64,000 nt of DNA from Bacteroidia bacterium (lineage in GTDB: Bacteria > Bacteroidota > Bacteroidia > Palsa-965), in the NCBI GenBank assembly GCA_038237845.1, contig JBBRYH010000012.1, positions 3,807 to 67,806 of the forward strand, in the 5' to 3' direction. This document shows positions 10,677 through 20,448 of the stretch, one piece after another; the first letter of the stretch is position 1, and each line of letters begins with the position of its first letter. Under the pieces are notes generated by a model. It was not told the DNA's origin, searched no databases, and worked only from the letters and a program-made list of their open reading frames with translations. A program made the position numbers and the translations under genes.

Positions 10677-11144
10677 TTATTTGTACCCAAGCATCATCAC
10701 CATACATTCAGATGGAGGTAATGAATCGCTTACTCCAGGAAGAGAATAGTCTACAAACAATTTAAATTTAGCACCTACTGGCTCGTAAGTATGAAGTTTT
10801 TCACCCGGCGTAGCAGTAGTCGTAAACATTTCTTTGCGATTTTTTGATTCCTTGTCTTTACTGTATACAGAAATAACTACTGGACGGGTTATTCCTGCAG
10901 TATTCCAAACGATTTTATATTTTTCACCAACGAAAATAGGAATTTCCAATTCTTTTAATTGTTCTTTTTTCTTGTAATAAAGACGTGTTACTTTACCAGA
11001 ATCATATTTAAATGGATCCAGCGCTTCTTTTGCTGCGTCTTTCAATGCTTTTGTATCGCATGTATCAACGGCCTGAATAAATGCACACGTAAGTGAAATG
11101 AAAATCACAGATAGTGGAATTAAAAATAAATTTGAACGTTTCAT
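10677..11144 (-). CDS. Secreted hypothetical protein (155 aa)
   Basis: ATG start with a signal peptide. It is co-directional with the upstream lipoprotein gene at a 20-bp spacing. Confidence 0.6.
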   Translation of the reverse strand: MKRSNLFLIPLSVIFISLTCAFIQAVDTCDTKALKDAAKEALDPFKYDSGKVTRLYYKKKEQLKELEIPIFVGEKYKIVWNTAGITRPVVISVYSKDKESKNRKEMFTTTATPGEKLHTYEPVGAKFKLFVDYSLPGVSDSLPPSECMVMMLGYK

Positions 11145-11164
11145 GTTTTGGAGTTTTTTCGGAA

Positions 11165-12019
11165 TTACCCGTTTACTATTTTCGTTCTTAATGCTTCTAT
11201 TTTGATGATAACAGATTCAATTTCTTCTTTTGTTGGCTTCACATCTTTAAATTCCAAATCAGGATTTTCAGATAATTTTTTCATTGAAGGCATTGCATTA
11301 ATTGCATCTGATATTCCTTGCATGTCAATTACCAATGCTTTGATGGAAGGCTCTTTTTCTTGGAAAATGGTTAATTCCTCTACAATGTTTTTAGAAACTG
11401 CCATTTGTTCCAAAAGTGCCTGAACGATTTTTTCGTTGCCGTCTTTACGGTAAACCTGACCGCCGATGTACATCGACTCAATCCAAGCTCCTGCAAAAAT
11501 GACTCCGTACAATTCGTTCTGGTCATTTTCCTCCAATTGCTGATCGGTTTGATATTGAATATCAGCAATGATTGATCCTAAAGAATCTTCATTGTCGATA
11601 TTCTTATTAAAACGATCGTATAAACTAGATTGTTCAAATACCTTACCAAGATTTATTTTGGTTCCGATATCCTTTATGGTTTTTAATAATTGCTGACCTT
11701 CATTAGTTTGTTTGTTCAATACACAGTAAGCCATATCAGCACTATAAACTCCCATATTTTCAGCCCTTGAAAAAGTTGTTGAATAATTTGAAGACTTATC
11801 ATTTCCATTTGTAAGTCCAGGAAGGTATTTTAGTCCAGAACGCTTGAACATTGCTGCAACTCTTAGAGGAGAAGGTAGTGAAGAATTGGAAACCGGAGCT
11901 TCAACTGTTGCTATAACGGAGTCCTTTTTCAATGTATCAGCCCCGTCTGATGTAGCAGGGTCGTTGCTGCAGGATATTGCAAAAAATACTGGGATTAAAG
12001 CAGCGAAACGTATTTTCAT
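11165..12019 (-). CDS. Hypothetical lipoprotein (284 aa)
   Basis: ATG start and lipobox-like FFAISCSN. No family recognised. Confidence 0.6.
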   Translation of the reverse strand: MKIRFAALIPVFFAISCSNDPATSDGADTLKKDSVIATVEAPVSNSSLPSPLRVAAMFKRSGLKYLPGLTNGNDKSSNYSTTFSRAENMGVYSADMAYCVLNKQTNEGQQLLKTIKDIGTKINLGKVFEQSSLYDRFNKNIDNEDSLGSIIADIQYQTDQQLEENDQNELYGVIFAGAWIESMYIGGQVYRKDGNEKIVQALLEQMAVSKNIVEELTIFQEKEPSIKALVIDMQGISDAINAMPSMKKLSENPDLEFKDVKPTKEEIESVIIKIEALRTKIVNG

Positions 12020-12245
12020 AAGATGTGTGTTTTATGGGTTTTACAGCCGCAAAGGTAGAAAAATCAGTCAATTATGAACATATAGCGCCGTTCAAAATTA
12101 CGCTTCATAAAATAGCCTATTTAGTTCACTAATTGTTAAAATTTGCCAATCAAAATAGACACTTAAAATCTGTTATGTATTCCGTTAATACCAAAGGAAA
12201 TAGCTACTTTTACCTCCTCTAAAAAAACTGCAATACCTATACTGT

Positions 12246-14372
12246 ATGAAAAAAAGTAATCTGCTACTCGCCAACCTTTTGTTGCTTGCGGTATCTTCAT
12301 TTGCTCAGGTAAAAACTGCTCCTGCTGTTCCAGCTGCAGGTTCTGACAATGCAAACGATCCGATTCTAATGACAATTGGTGATACCAAAGTTCATTTATC
12401 GGAATTTATGTATGTCTACAAAAAGAACAATAAAGATCAAGCAAATGATCCTGCTGCTTTGAATAATTACCTTGATCTTTTTACCACTTTCAAAATGAAA
12501 GTAAAAGAGGCCGAGGAAATGAAGCTGGACACTTCTGCTGCATTTAAAAATGAACTTTCAGGTTATCGTCATCAGGTGGCTCAACCTTATCTAACCGATA
12601 GAAAAGTAAATGATAGTCTGCTCATGGAAGCTTACACTCGTATGCAAGAAGATGTGCGTGCAACACATATTCTTATTCGTTGCGAGGAAAATGCATTGCC
12701 TTCTGATACAATTATTGCTTGGACAAAAGCTTCAATCGTTCAAGGTCTTTTAGCAGGGAAAGCAAACGTAAAAATGATCAACGATTACGAAGCAAAACTG
12801 AAAACAAAATTTAAAATAACAAAAGCTTCTCCGGCATCGGATACTATGAAAATTTACAACATGGTTAATCCACTTCGTCAACTGGAACGTAAGTACCGTG
12901 GAAAATTAGCACCATTTGATGAAGTTGCCTTTATTGTTTCTGAAGATGAGTCGGCAAAACAAAATCGTGGCGACCTTGGTTATTTCACTGCCTTCTCTAT
13001 GGTTTATCCATTCGAAACTGCGGCCTACAAAACTCCAGTTGGAAAAGTTGCAGGAACTATTCGTACACGTTTTGGATATCACGTAGTAAAAGTTACTGAT
13101 CGTCGTCCAGCTTATGGCGAAATTCTCGTAGCTCATATCATGGTAAAAGCGCCCGACGGACAAGCACCTGGAGATTCTGCAGTTGCTTATGCGAAAATTA
13201 TGGAGATATATGGAAAAGTTAAAGCGGGAGAAGATTTTTCTACACTTGCAAAACAGTTTTCCGATGACAAACCTTCTGCTGCGAATGGTGGACAATTACC
13301 TTGGTTTGGACTTTACAAAATGCCACAAGCATTTGAAAAAGCAGCTTTCGCACTTCCAAACAATAATGATGTTTCTGAACCCATCAAAACAGCTTGGGGT
13401 TGGCACATCATAAAACGTATTGACAAACGTGGCATTGCAAGTTTTGAATCGATGAAAAATGATTTGAAAACCCGTGTTGGTCGCGATCAACGTGCGATGC
13501 AAGGCCGTTCTTCCTTGATTGCAAAAGTGAAATCAGAAAATAGATTCACGGAATATCCTCTTACTAAACTTGAGATTTATAAAGGAATTGACAGTACTTA
13601 CTATCAAGGACATTGGTCTTCTGAGCGATTGAAAGGATTAAATAAAGTAATGTTTACAATTGGAGCAACCAATTACACACAACATGATTTTGCAATTTAC
13701 ATGGAGATGCATCAGACCCGTCGTGCAAAAGCAGATTCAAAAACCCTTGTGGACGAGGCTTACAAAACTTTCGTAGAAGAAGCTTGTGTTGCCTATGAAG
13801 ATTCTCAATTAGAAATTAAATATTCTGATTTCAAAAATTTGATGCAGGAATATCGTGATGGAATTCTTTTGTTCGATCTTATGGATAAAAAGGTTTGGTC
13901 GAAAGCAGTAAAAGATACAACGGGCCTTCGCAATTATTATGAAGCAAACAAAACGAAATACATGTGGGCTGAGCGAGCGGATGCAACTGTTTATTCTTGT
14001 AAAGATGCAGCTACTTCAAAGAAACTTCGCAAAATGTTAAAGGCTGGAAAAGATGAAAAAACTATTCTTGCCACTTTAAACAAAGATTCTCAATTGAATG
14101 TTACTGCTGATCACAAAGTATGGAACAAAGGAGAAAATGCACTTGTTGATGGAAATTGGATGGCCGGAGTATCTGCTGATCAACCCAAAGATGGTCGTAT
14201 TATTTTTGTATCAACAGCAAAGATTATTCCTCCGACACCAAAATCTTTGCAGGAAGCGCGTGGAGTAATTACTTCAGATTATCAGAGTCAACTTGAAAAA
14301 GAGTGGGTAGAAAGTTTGAAGAAAAAATATCCTGTCGTCATTAATCAGGAAGTACTTAAGCAAGTAAAATAA
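12246..14372 (+). CDS. Secreted parvulin-type (PpiC/SurA-like) peptidyl-prolyl cis-trans isomerase with two rotamase domains
   Basis: Signal peptide present. Parvulin signatures: ATHILIRCEE, GDLGYFTAFSMVYPFETAAYK...GYHVVKV, and ANGGQLPWFGLYKMPQAFEKAAF...GWHIIKR. Confidence 0.85.
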   Translation: MKKSNLLLANLLLLAVSSFAQVKTAPAVPAAGSDNANDPILMTIGDTKVHLSEFMYVYKKNNKDQANDPAALNNYLDLFTTFKMKVKEAEEMKLDTSAAFKNELSGYRHQVAQPYLTDRKVNDSLLMEAYTRMQEDVRATHILIRCEENALPSDTIIAWTKASIVQGLLAGKANVKMINDYEAKLKTKFKITKASPASDTMKIYNMVNPLRQLERKYRGKLAPFDEVAFIVSEDESAKQNRGDLGYFTAFSMVYPFETAAYKTPVGKVAGTIRTRFGYHVVKVTDRRPAYGEILVAHIMVKAPDGQAPGDSAVAYAKIMEIYGKVKAGEDFSTLAKQFSDDKPSAANGGQLPWFGLYKMPQAFEKAAFALPNNNDVSEPIKTAWGWHIIKRIDKRGIASFESMKNDLKTRVGRDQRAMQGRSSLIAKVKSENRFTEYPLTKLEIYKGIDSTYYQGHWSSERLKGLNKVMFTIGATNYTQHDFAIYMEMHQTRRAKADSKTLVDEAYKTFVEEACVAYEDSQLEIKYSDFKNLMQEYRDGILLFDLMDKKVWSKAVKDTTGLRNYYEANKTKYMWAERADATVYSCKDAATSKKLRKMLKAGKDEKTILATLNKDSQLNVTADHKVWNKGENALVDGNWMAGVSADQPKDGRIIFVSTAKIIPPTPKSLQEARGVITSDYQSQLEKEWVESLKKKYPVVINQEVLKQVK

Positions 14373-14381
14373 TAACACTGC

Positions 14382-15293
14382 ATGGCCGGAAGGTTAATTC
14401 ATACACCGGACAGGCAACGTTTTAAGATTGCCAGCGTCTTCCTTTGGGGTACGCTGGTTCTCTTTTTAGCAGGATCATGTACTCCACGGGCAGAGGAGGA
14501 GAAGGTTATTGACAAAGGAAAAATTGTAGCAAGAGTTTTTGAATATAAATTGTATTCTTCTGACTTACGCGAAGTAATACCTGTTGGGATTGCAGCAGAT
14601 GATAGTGCAAGACGCGCGGATAATTTCATCAATTCCTGGGTTAAAGAACGGTTGCTTGTTCATAAAGCGGAAACGAATCTGGGTAAAGCGCAGAAAGATG
14701 TAGAAAAGCAATTGCAGGATTATCGGAACTCGTTGATTATTTATGCTTATGAGAAAGAGTTGGTTCGTCAGAAATTAGATACAGTAGTGACAGACGAAAT
14801 TATTCAGACCTATTACGATGCACATCCGAATGATTTTGAACTGAAGGATAATATTTTGAAAGTAATTTATGTAAAGGTGGATAAGAAAGCTCCGAACATT
14901 ACGAAGCTGAGAACACTGATACAGTCACCCAAACCTCAGGATCGAGTTGATCTTGAAAGTTATTGCAAACAGTTTGGGCAGAATTATTTTTTGGATGATA
15001 ATGTCTGGTTATTGTTTGATGATTTATTGAAAGAAATACCGATTGAAACCTATAATAAAGAATTGTTTTTGCAGAATAATAAATTCCTGGAGCTTGCGGA
15101 TTCTTCAAGTTTTTATTTTGTAAGTATAAAAGGAGTGATGACCAGAAATTCACATTCACCATTGGCTTTTGAAAAAGAAAATATCCGCAATGTTATTCTT
15201 AATCAACGTAAGCTGGAAATGATTGAACAAATGCATACTGCCCTCTACAAAGAGGCGATGGAAAATAAGGACATTGAAATATATCGTAAATAA
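14382..15293 (+). CDS. Lipoprotein resembling the SurA N-terminal chaperone domain, with no obvious rotamase domain
   Basis: ATG start and LAGSC lipobox. It sits between two parvulin genes with 9-bp and 6-bp gaps, which suggests an operon. Annotation is by context and weak similarity. Confidence 0.5.
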   Translation: MAGRLIHTPDRQRFKIASVFLWGTLVLFLAGSCTPRAEEEKVIDKGKIVARVFEYKLYSSDLREVIPVGIAADDSARRADNFINSWVKERLLVHKAETNLGKAQKDVEKQLQDYRNSLIIYAYEKELVRQKLDTVVTDEIIQTYYDAHPNDFELKDNILKVIYVKVDKKAPNITKLRTLIQSPKPQDRVDLESYCKQFGQNYFLDDNVWLLFDDLLKEIPIETYNKELFLQNNKFLELADSSSFYFVSIKGVMTRNSHSPLAFEKENIRNVILNQRKLEMIEQMHTALYKEAMENKDIEIYRK

Positions 15294-15299
15294 AAAATC

Positions 15300-16679
15300 A
15301 TGAATTCATTGAACAAAGTTTTGAGTGTTTCCGTTTTAATTTTTGCATCAATGCTAATGAATGCTCAGCCGGGTAGAGTAGTGGTTGACAAAGTTATTGG
15401 TGTGGTTGGAAATCAAATTGTGAAAGAATCGGAAGTGCAGAATGCTTATGAGCAAGCTAAAACTGCCGGACTTACAATGAGCGATAGTTTAACGGGTGCA
15501 GTGTATGATCAGTTAATGTTTAAGAAATTATTAGTGAGTGGGGCAATTCATGATAGTTTGGATGTTACCGAAGCAGAAATTACTGGAGAAACAGATCGTC
15601 GTATGCGTTATTTCCTCACTCAATTTAAATCCGATAAAGAATTTGAAGCGTTTTATGGAAAGACGACGGATGCTTTCAAATTTGAATTGCACGATCAGGT
15701 AAGAGACTTATTGCTTGCACAAAAAATGCAACAAAAAATTACAGCAGATATTACAGTTTCTCCTTCTGAAGTATTGGCTTACTTTAATCGTCAGGTACCT
15801 GATAGTCTTCCTTATATCAATGCCGAAGTAGAATTAGGACAAATTGTAATTGTTCCTCCCGTTAATCAGGAATTGAAAGAATATACGCGTCAATCATTGG
15901 AAGAAATTCGTCAACGTGTATTAAAAGGAACTTTAAAATTCTGCGATGCTGTAAATATTTATACAGAAGATCCGGGTTCTAAAGAAAATTGTGGGACATA
16001 TGAAAATGTTCGACGCGGAACATTTGTTCCTGAGTTTGATGCCATTTGTTTTAGTTTGAAAGAAGGTGAAACATCTGAAGTATTTGAAACGGATTATGGA
16101 TTTCACTTTGTTCAATTAATCACAAGAAAAGGTGAAGAAGTTACGATTCGTCACATTCTTAAAACCATCCCTACGGCTCCTGAAGATTTGAAAAAATGCA
16201 AAACGAAACTTGATTCAATTCAAGGACTAATCAGAAAGGACACCATGGACTTTTGTAAAGCTGCTGCTTTATTTTCAATGGATGCAGATACAAAATACAA
16301 TTGCGGACTTTTTATGAATCCGGAAACAGGCATTACCAGAATTGATGTGGATCTTCTAGGACAATTAGATCCTGACCCACAATTTCCATTGTTAGTGAAT
16401 CAAATGAAAGTTGGAGCGATGTCGGCGCCAATGCCATGTCTAACAAGAGACGGTAAACAAGGCTATCGTATTCTGCTCCTTCGCACCAGAACTGAACCAC
16501 ATCGTGCAAATTTGAAAGATGATTATCAATTAATTCAAGATATGGCTTTATATGAAAAGCAGGATATTGCATTAAAACATTGGGTTGCTAAACGACTTGC
16601 ATCAACCTATGTTCGTGTGGACCCCGCTTATCAAAAGTTTCATTATAGTTATCCTTGGATGGAATTCGCGAAACAATAA
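15300..16679 (+). CDS. SurA-like periplasmic chaperone / parvulin-type PPIase
   Basis: Signal peptide present. Parvulin motif GETSEVFETDYGFHFVQLITRKGEEVTIRHIL. Confidence 0.8.
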   Translation: MNSLNKVLSVSVLIFASMLMNAQPGRVVVDKVIGVVGNQIVKESEVQNAYEQAKTAGLTMSDSLTGAVYDQLMFKKLLVSGAIHDSLDVTEAEITGETDRRMRYFLTQFKSDKEFEAFYGKTTDAFKFELHDQVRDLLLAQKMQQKITADITVSPSEVLAYFNRQVPDSLPYINAEVELGQIVIVPPVNQELKEYTRQSLEEIRQRVLKGTLKFCDAVNIYTEDPGSKENCGTYENVRRGTFVPEFDAICFSLKEGETSEVFETDYGFHFVQLITRKGEEVTIRHILKTIPTAPEDLKKCKTKLDSIQGLIRKDTMDFCKAAALFSMDADTKYNCGLFMNPETGITRIDVDLLGQLDPDPQFPLLVNQMKVGAMSAPMPCLTRDGKQGYRILLLRTRTEPHRANLKDDYQLIQDMALYEKQDIALKHWVAKRLASTYVRVDPAYQKFHYSYPWMEFAKQ

Positions 16680-16729
16680 TAAAATATCAGAATACAAATA
16701 CCAGCATCTAAATTCCAATACTCAGGCTC

Positions 16730-17692
16730 ATGAATTTTAAATCAGACGTAGAAGCAGTAGATTTTTTCCGCGAGAAATACAATAAACTCCGCAGTGAAAT
16801 AGGTAAAGTAATTGTCGGGCAGGATGATGTTGTAAAAGATGTTTTAATTTCCATATTCAGTAATGGACATTGTCTTCTTGTGGGAGTACCAGGACTTGCA
16901 AAAACACTTTTAGTAAATACTATTGCGCAATCTTTAGGTTTAAGCTATAATCGAATTCAATTTACGCCCGATTTAATGCCATCGGATATTATTGGTACAG
17001 AAATTCTGGATGAGTCGCGACAATTTAAATTTATTAAAGGAGCTTTGTTTTCCAATATTATTTTGGCGGATGAAATCAATCGTACACCACCTAAAACACA
17101 ATCGGCATTATTAGAAGCGATGCAGGAACGTACAGTTACCGCAGCTGGAAAACGATATGAATTAGCAAAACCTTTTTTCGTATTAGCAACTCAAAATCCA
17201 ATTGAGCAGGAAGGAACCTATCCTTTACCTGAGGCGCAGCTTGACCGTTTTATGTTTAATGTGATGTTGGATTATCCTTCCTTAGAAGAAGAATTGCAAG
17301 TTGTGAAAAATACAACTTCAGATCGTTCAGTGAAACTTGAAAAAGTATTGGATGCAGAAGAAATTATTTTCCTTCAGGATCTCGTACGCCGCGTTCCTGT
17401 CGCTGATAATGTTTTGGAATATGCTGTAAAACTTGCTACCAAAACACGACCTAATACACCTGCAGCAACTCCAGATGTAAATCGTTTGCTTTCTTGGGGC
17501 GCTGGTCCGCGAGCTTCGCAATATTTAGTGCTGGGTGCAAAATGTCATGCTGTTGTAAGTGGAAAATATTCTCCAGACATTGAAGATGTAAGAGCAGTAG
17601 CTCCTGCAATTTTGCGACATCGTATTGTTAGAAATTACAAAGCCGAAGCTGAAGGTGTAAGCGTAGAGGCGATTATTAAAGGGCTGCTTTAA
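16730..17692 (+). CDS. MoxR-family AAA+ ATPase (AAA_3)
   Basis: Walker A motif (LLVGVPGLAKT), Walker B (IILADEINR) and the conserved MoxR C-terminal region. Confidence 0.9.
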   Translation: MNFKSDVEAVDFFREKYNKLRSEIGKVIVGQDDVVKDVLISIFSNGHCLLVGVPGLAKTLLVNTIAQSLGLSYNRIQFTPDLMPSDIIGTEILDESRQFKFIKGALFSNIILADEINRTPPKTQSALLEAMQERTVTAAGKRYELAKPFFVLATQNPIEQEGTYPLPEAQLDRFMFNVMLDYPSLEEELQVVKNTTSDRSVKLEKVLDAEEIIFLQDLVRRVPVADNVLEYAVKLATKTRPNTPAATPDVNRLLSWGAGPRASQYLVLGAKCHAVVSGKYSPDIEDVRAVAPAILRHRIVRNYKAEAEGVSVEAIIKGLL

Positions 17693-17710
17693 TTCTCTCA
17701 AAAGTCAAAA

Positions 17711-17762
17711 GCAAAAAGTCGAAAGTTCGGATTAATCCAGACTTTCGACTTTTGTTTTTTAT
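17711..17762. terminator. Bidirectional rho-independent terminator between convergent genes
   Basis: Perfect 11-bp stem aagtcgaaagt/actttcgactt with a palindromic loop (ggattaatcc). Flanked by A and T runs. Confidence 0.65.
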
Positions 17763-17769
17763 TTAATAC

Positions 17770-18546
17770 TCAATTCGCTGCGTGATCCCACGCGTATGTT
17801 TTCTCAGCAACATTATATCGCAGCGTACTTGTACCCGTTTTGTAACTGATATTTACATCGTTGTAAATAAGTTTATATCTATGCGCAAGCCAGATGGTTC
17901 CTATGGTTGGCATTTTTTCTGTAGGGCATGAAATGTTTAAAGTACTATTTGCTTTTCCGGCCATCATCGGAGCTTTGTTTACAATTTTATTGGTAACAAA
18001 ATTTCTTCCGTCTTTTGAATAATACCAAGAACATTCTGGGCCATACCAAATATTTCCATTCGCATCTTCATCCGGAAATGCCCAGATTGTAATTGTAAGA
18101 TCTAAGTTTATTTTGGAAAATTTTTTCCAAGAAGAAATTTTGATATTCAGTTTTTTCAAAGCCACATTCGCATTAAGAAGTGCTCTGGCCATTGCATTTA
18201 CCTGTAGCGTATCAAATGGACGTTTAGAAAGCGTAACCTGATTTTTACTATCAACCTGATAATAACTTCCGTTTACAAATCCGGAAGAGTCAAGTGTACC
18301 CGTAACTACTTTCCAGCCTCTTTTATCAGGATACGCAATGAAATCTTTATTAGCAGGAAGATGATCAAACGAAACTACTCGCTGGCAGGCACTATCGTAT
18401 TGAAGAAAGAACATGGCCTGTTGTTCGTTGGCTTGAAATTTCTTCAGTTCAAAACCTGCAGGTAAACCGAAACCCTGTCCAAATACATTGCAGGAAAGCA
18501 ATGAAATGAACAAAATAAGAGAAATCCGAAAGTAGGATTGTTTCAT
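17770..18546 (-). CDS. Secreted hypothetical protein
   Basis: The track start at 18567 is TTG. The probable ATG is at 18546 (MKQSYFRISLILFISLLSCNVFG). Confidence 0.55.
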   Translation of the reverse strand: MKQSYFRISLILFISLLSCNVFGQGFGLPAGFELKKFQANEQQAMFFLQYDSACQRVVSFDHLPANKDFIAYPDKRGWKVVTGTLDSSGFVNGSYYQVDSKNQVTLSKRPFDTLQVNAMARALLNANVALKKLNIKISSWKKFSKINLDLTITIWAFPDEDANGNIWYGPECSWYYSKDGRNFVTNKIVNKAPMMAGKANSTLNISCPTEKMPTIGTIWLAHRYKLIYNDVNISYKTGTSTLRYNVAEKTYAWDHAAN

Positions 18547-18800
18547 AGTTTGGGTTCTACGATGCAATATGGCAAATAATATGCCGTTTTACGCTTCCAA
18601 AGGTAAAAATACTCGGTAAAATCGGAAATTTCCCAAATACAAGGTGACAAGTGATATTGGGTGGGTTGAAAATCGCGAATATATTACTGAACCTTATACT
18701 TTCGAATTCCGAAATTTAATTTCAAATTGTCACCCCAGTCTTGAACCGTGCCACCCTAATTACGTTGTATCTTTACCCCTCTTTTTAAATACCGCCCGTT

Positions 18801-20441
18801 TTGATTGAATCAGATTTTCCCGAAGCCATAGAATATGCAAATGATAAGCAGCTTTATGCCTATCAGGAAAATGCAATCAATGAAATTTTCAAACGATTTG
18901 CTGATCATTCGCATCATAATTATAATCTGCTTTATCAACTTCCAACAGGCGGAGGGAAAACTGTTATTTTTTCTGAAATAGCCAAGCGATATATTTTAAC
19001 TACTGGCAAGAAAGTTTTGATCCTTACGCATCGTGTTGAATTGTGTGGACAAACTTCGCGGATGCTGAATGATTTCGGTGTAAAAAACAAAGTTATCGAT
19101 AGTGCGGTAAAAGAAATGCCAGTGCCGAATGAGTTCATGTGTTTTGTGGCGATGGTTGAAACATTGAACAACAGATTGAGAGATAAAATTTTAGATCTAG
19201 ATGATATTGGTTTGATGATTGTGGATGAAGCGCATTACAATTCATTTGTCAAGTTGTTTGGATTTTATGAAAAAGGAATTGTACTTGGCGTAACTGCAAC
19301 TCCATTAAGCTCGAATATTAATATTCGCATGCGCGATAATTATGATGAGTTGATTGTGGGGGAATCCATTTCTTCTTTAATTGAAACTGGATATCTAGCG
19401 CGTGCTACTACCTACCATTATCATGTTGGTTTAACGTCTTTGAAAGTTGGCCGTAGCGGAGATTACACCGTTAGCTCATCTGAATTGTTATATAACAATT
19501 TCCTGATGCAGGATAAATTGTTGAGTGCTTACAGAGAAAGAGGAATAGGAAAAAAAACATTGATCTTCAATAATGGAATTGCTACCTCGCATTATGTTTA
19601 TTCAACTTTTCGTGAAGCTGGATATCCGATTAAGCATCTTGATCATACCCATACTGCAAAGGAAAGAAGAGAAATTTTATCTTGGTTCCGTGAAAAACCG
19701 GATGCAATTTTAACTTCAGTAAGTATTTTAACGACTGGTTTTGATGAACCATCACTCGATTGTATTATTTTAAATCGGGCAACAAAATCACTTACGCTCT
19801 ATTTTCAAATGATTGGCAGAGGTTCCAGGGTTTATAAAGAGAAAAAAGAATTTACGGTAATCGATCTTGGAAATAATTTAAACCGTTTTGGATTGTGGGA
19901 TGCTCCAATGGACTGGGCAAGTATTTTCAGATCTCCTGAATCCTATCTTTCTACTATAAGAAGTGACGAGGAAATTGAACACAGTTACAGATACATCATG
20001 CCCGATGAATTACGTTTGAAGTTTGGTAAATCGGCGGATGTTGATTTTAATGTAAAGGTTCAATATACAAAAGCAAAAAACAGTGGTGAGCGGCCTAAAG
20101 TTGTCATTGAACGATCAATCGAACAACATGTACAGATGTGTATTGAAAACAGTGAAGGGATTGATGACGCGTTAGCCTTAGCACATTTATTAAAAGAAGA
20201 AATTGAGTTTAGAGTTCGAGTATTTTCGCGTTGCCTGAGTAAAAGTTCGGAGAGTTATGTGAAGTGGATGCAGGATGAATACAAGAGAAAATTAAAAATT
20301 GCCCTGATTAAACATGCGCAAAGGGTAGTGGGAGATGTTGAAGAGGATTCGGAAAGCAATGAAGTGGAGCTAGCGCCAGAAGTATTAAATACAGAAGAAG
20401 AATTGGATTCAAGCGGGCTGCAAGAAGAAGCAGGAATTTAA
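18801..20441 (+). CDS. RadD/YejH-like superfamily-2 DNA helicase with a ResIII-type N domain and a helicase C domain
   Basis: Motif I (LPTGGGKT), motif II (MIVDEAHY), motif III (GVTATP) and motif VI (QMIGRGSRV). The motif order and spacing recall E. coli RadD. The C-terminal tail is acidic. The only start candidate after the upstream stop is TTG at 18801. Confidence 0.7.
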   Translation: MIESDFPEAIEYANDKQLYAYQENAINEIFKRFADHSHHNYNLLYQLPTGGGKTVIFSEIAKRYILTTGKKVLILTHRVELCGQTSRMLNDFGVKNKVIDSAVKEMPVPNEFMCFVAMVETLNNRLRDKILDLDDIGLMIVDEAHYNSFVKLFGFYEKGIVLGVTATPLSSNINIRMRDNYDELIVGESISSLIETGYLARATTYHYHVGLTSLKVGRSGDYTVSSSELLYNNFLMQDKLLSAYRERGIGKKTLIFNNGIATSHYVYSTFREAGYPIKHLDHTHTAKERREILSWFREKPDAILTSVSILTTGFDEPSLDCIILNRATKSLTLYFQMIGRGSRVYKEKKEFTVIDLGNNLNRFGLWDAPMDWASIFRSPESYLSTIRSDEEIEHSYRYIMPDELRLKFGKSADVDFNVKVQYTKAKNSGERPKVVIERSIEQHVQMCIENSEGIDDALALAHLLKEEIEFRVRVFSRCLSKSSESYVKWMQDEYKRKLKIALIKHAQRVVGDVEEDSESNEVELAPEVLNTEEELDSSGLQEEAGI

Positions 20442-20448
20442 ATAAGAA

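Noticed and set aside
16730-17692. MoxR ATPase as part of a Bat aerotolerance or defence operon
   Set aside because: No vWA, DUF58 or TPR Bat partners follow. A strong terminator lies immediately downstream.
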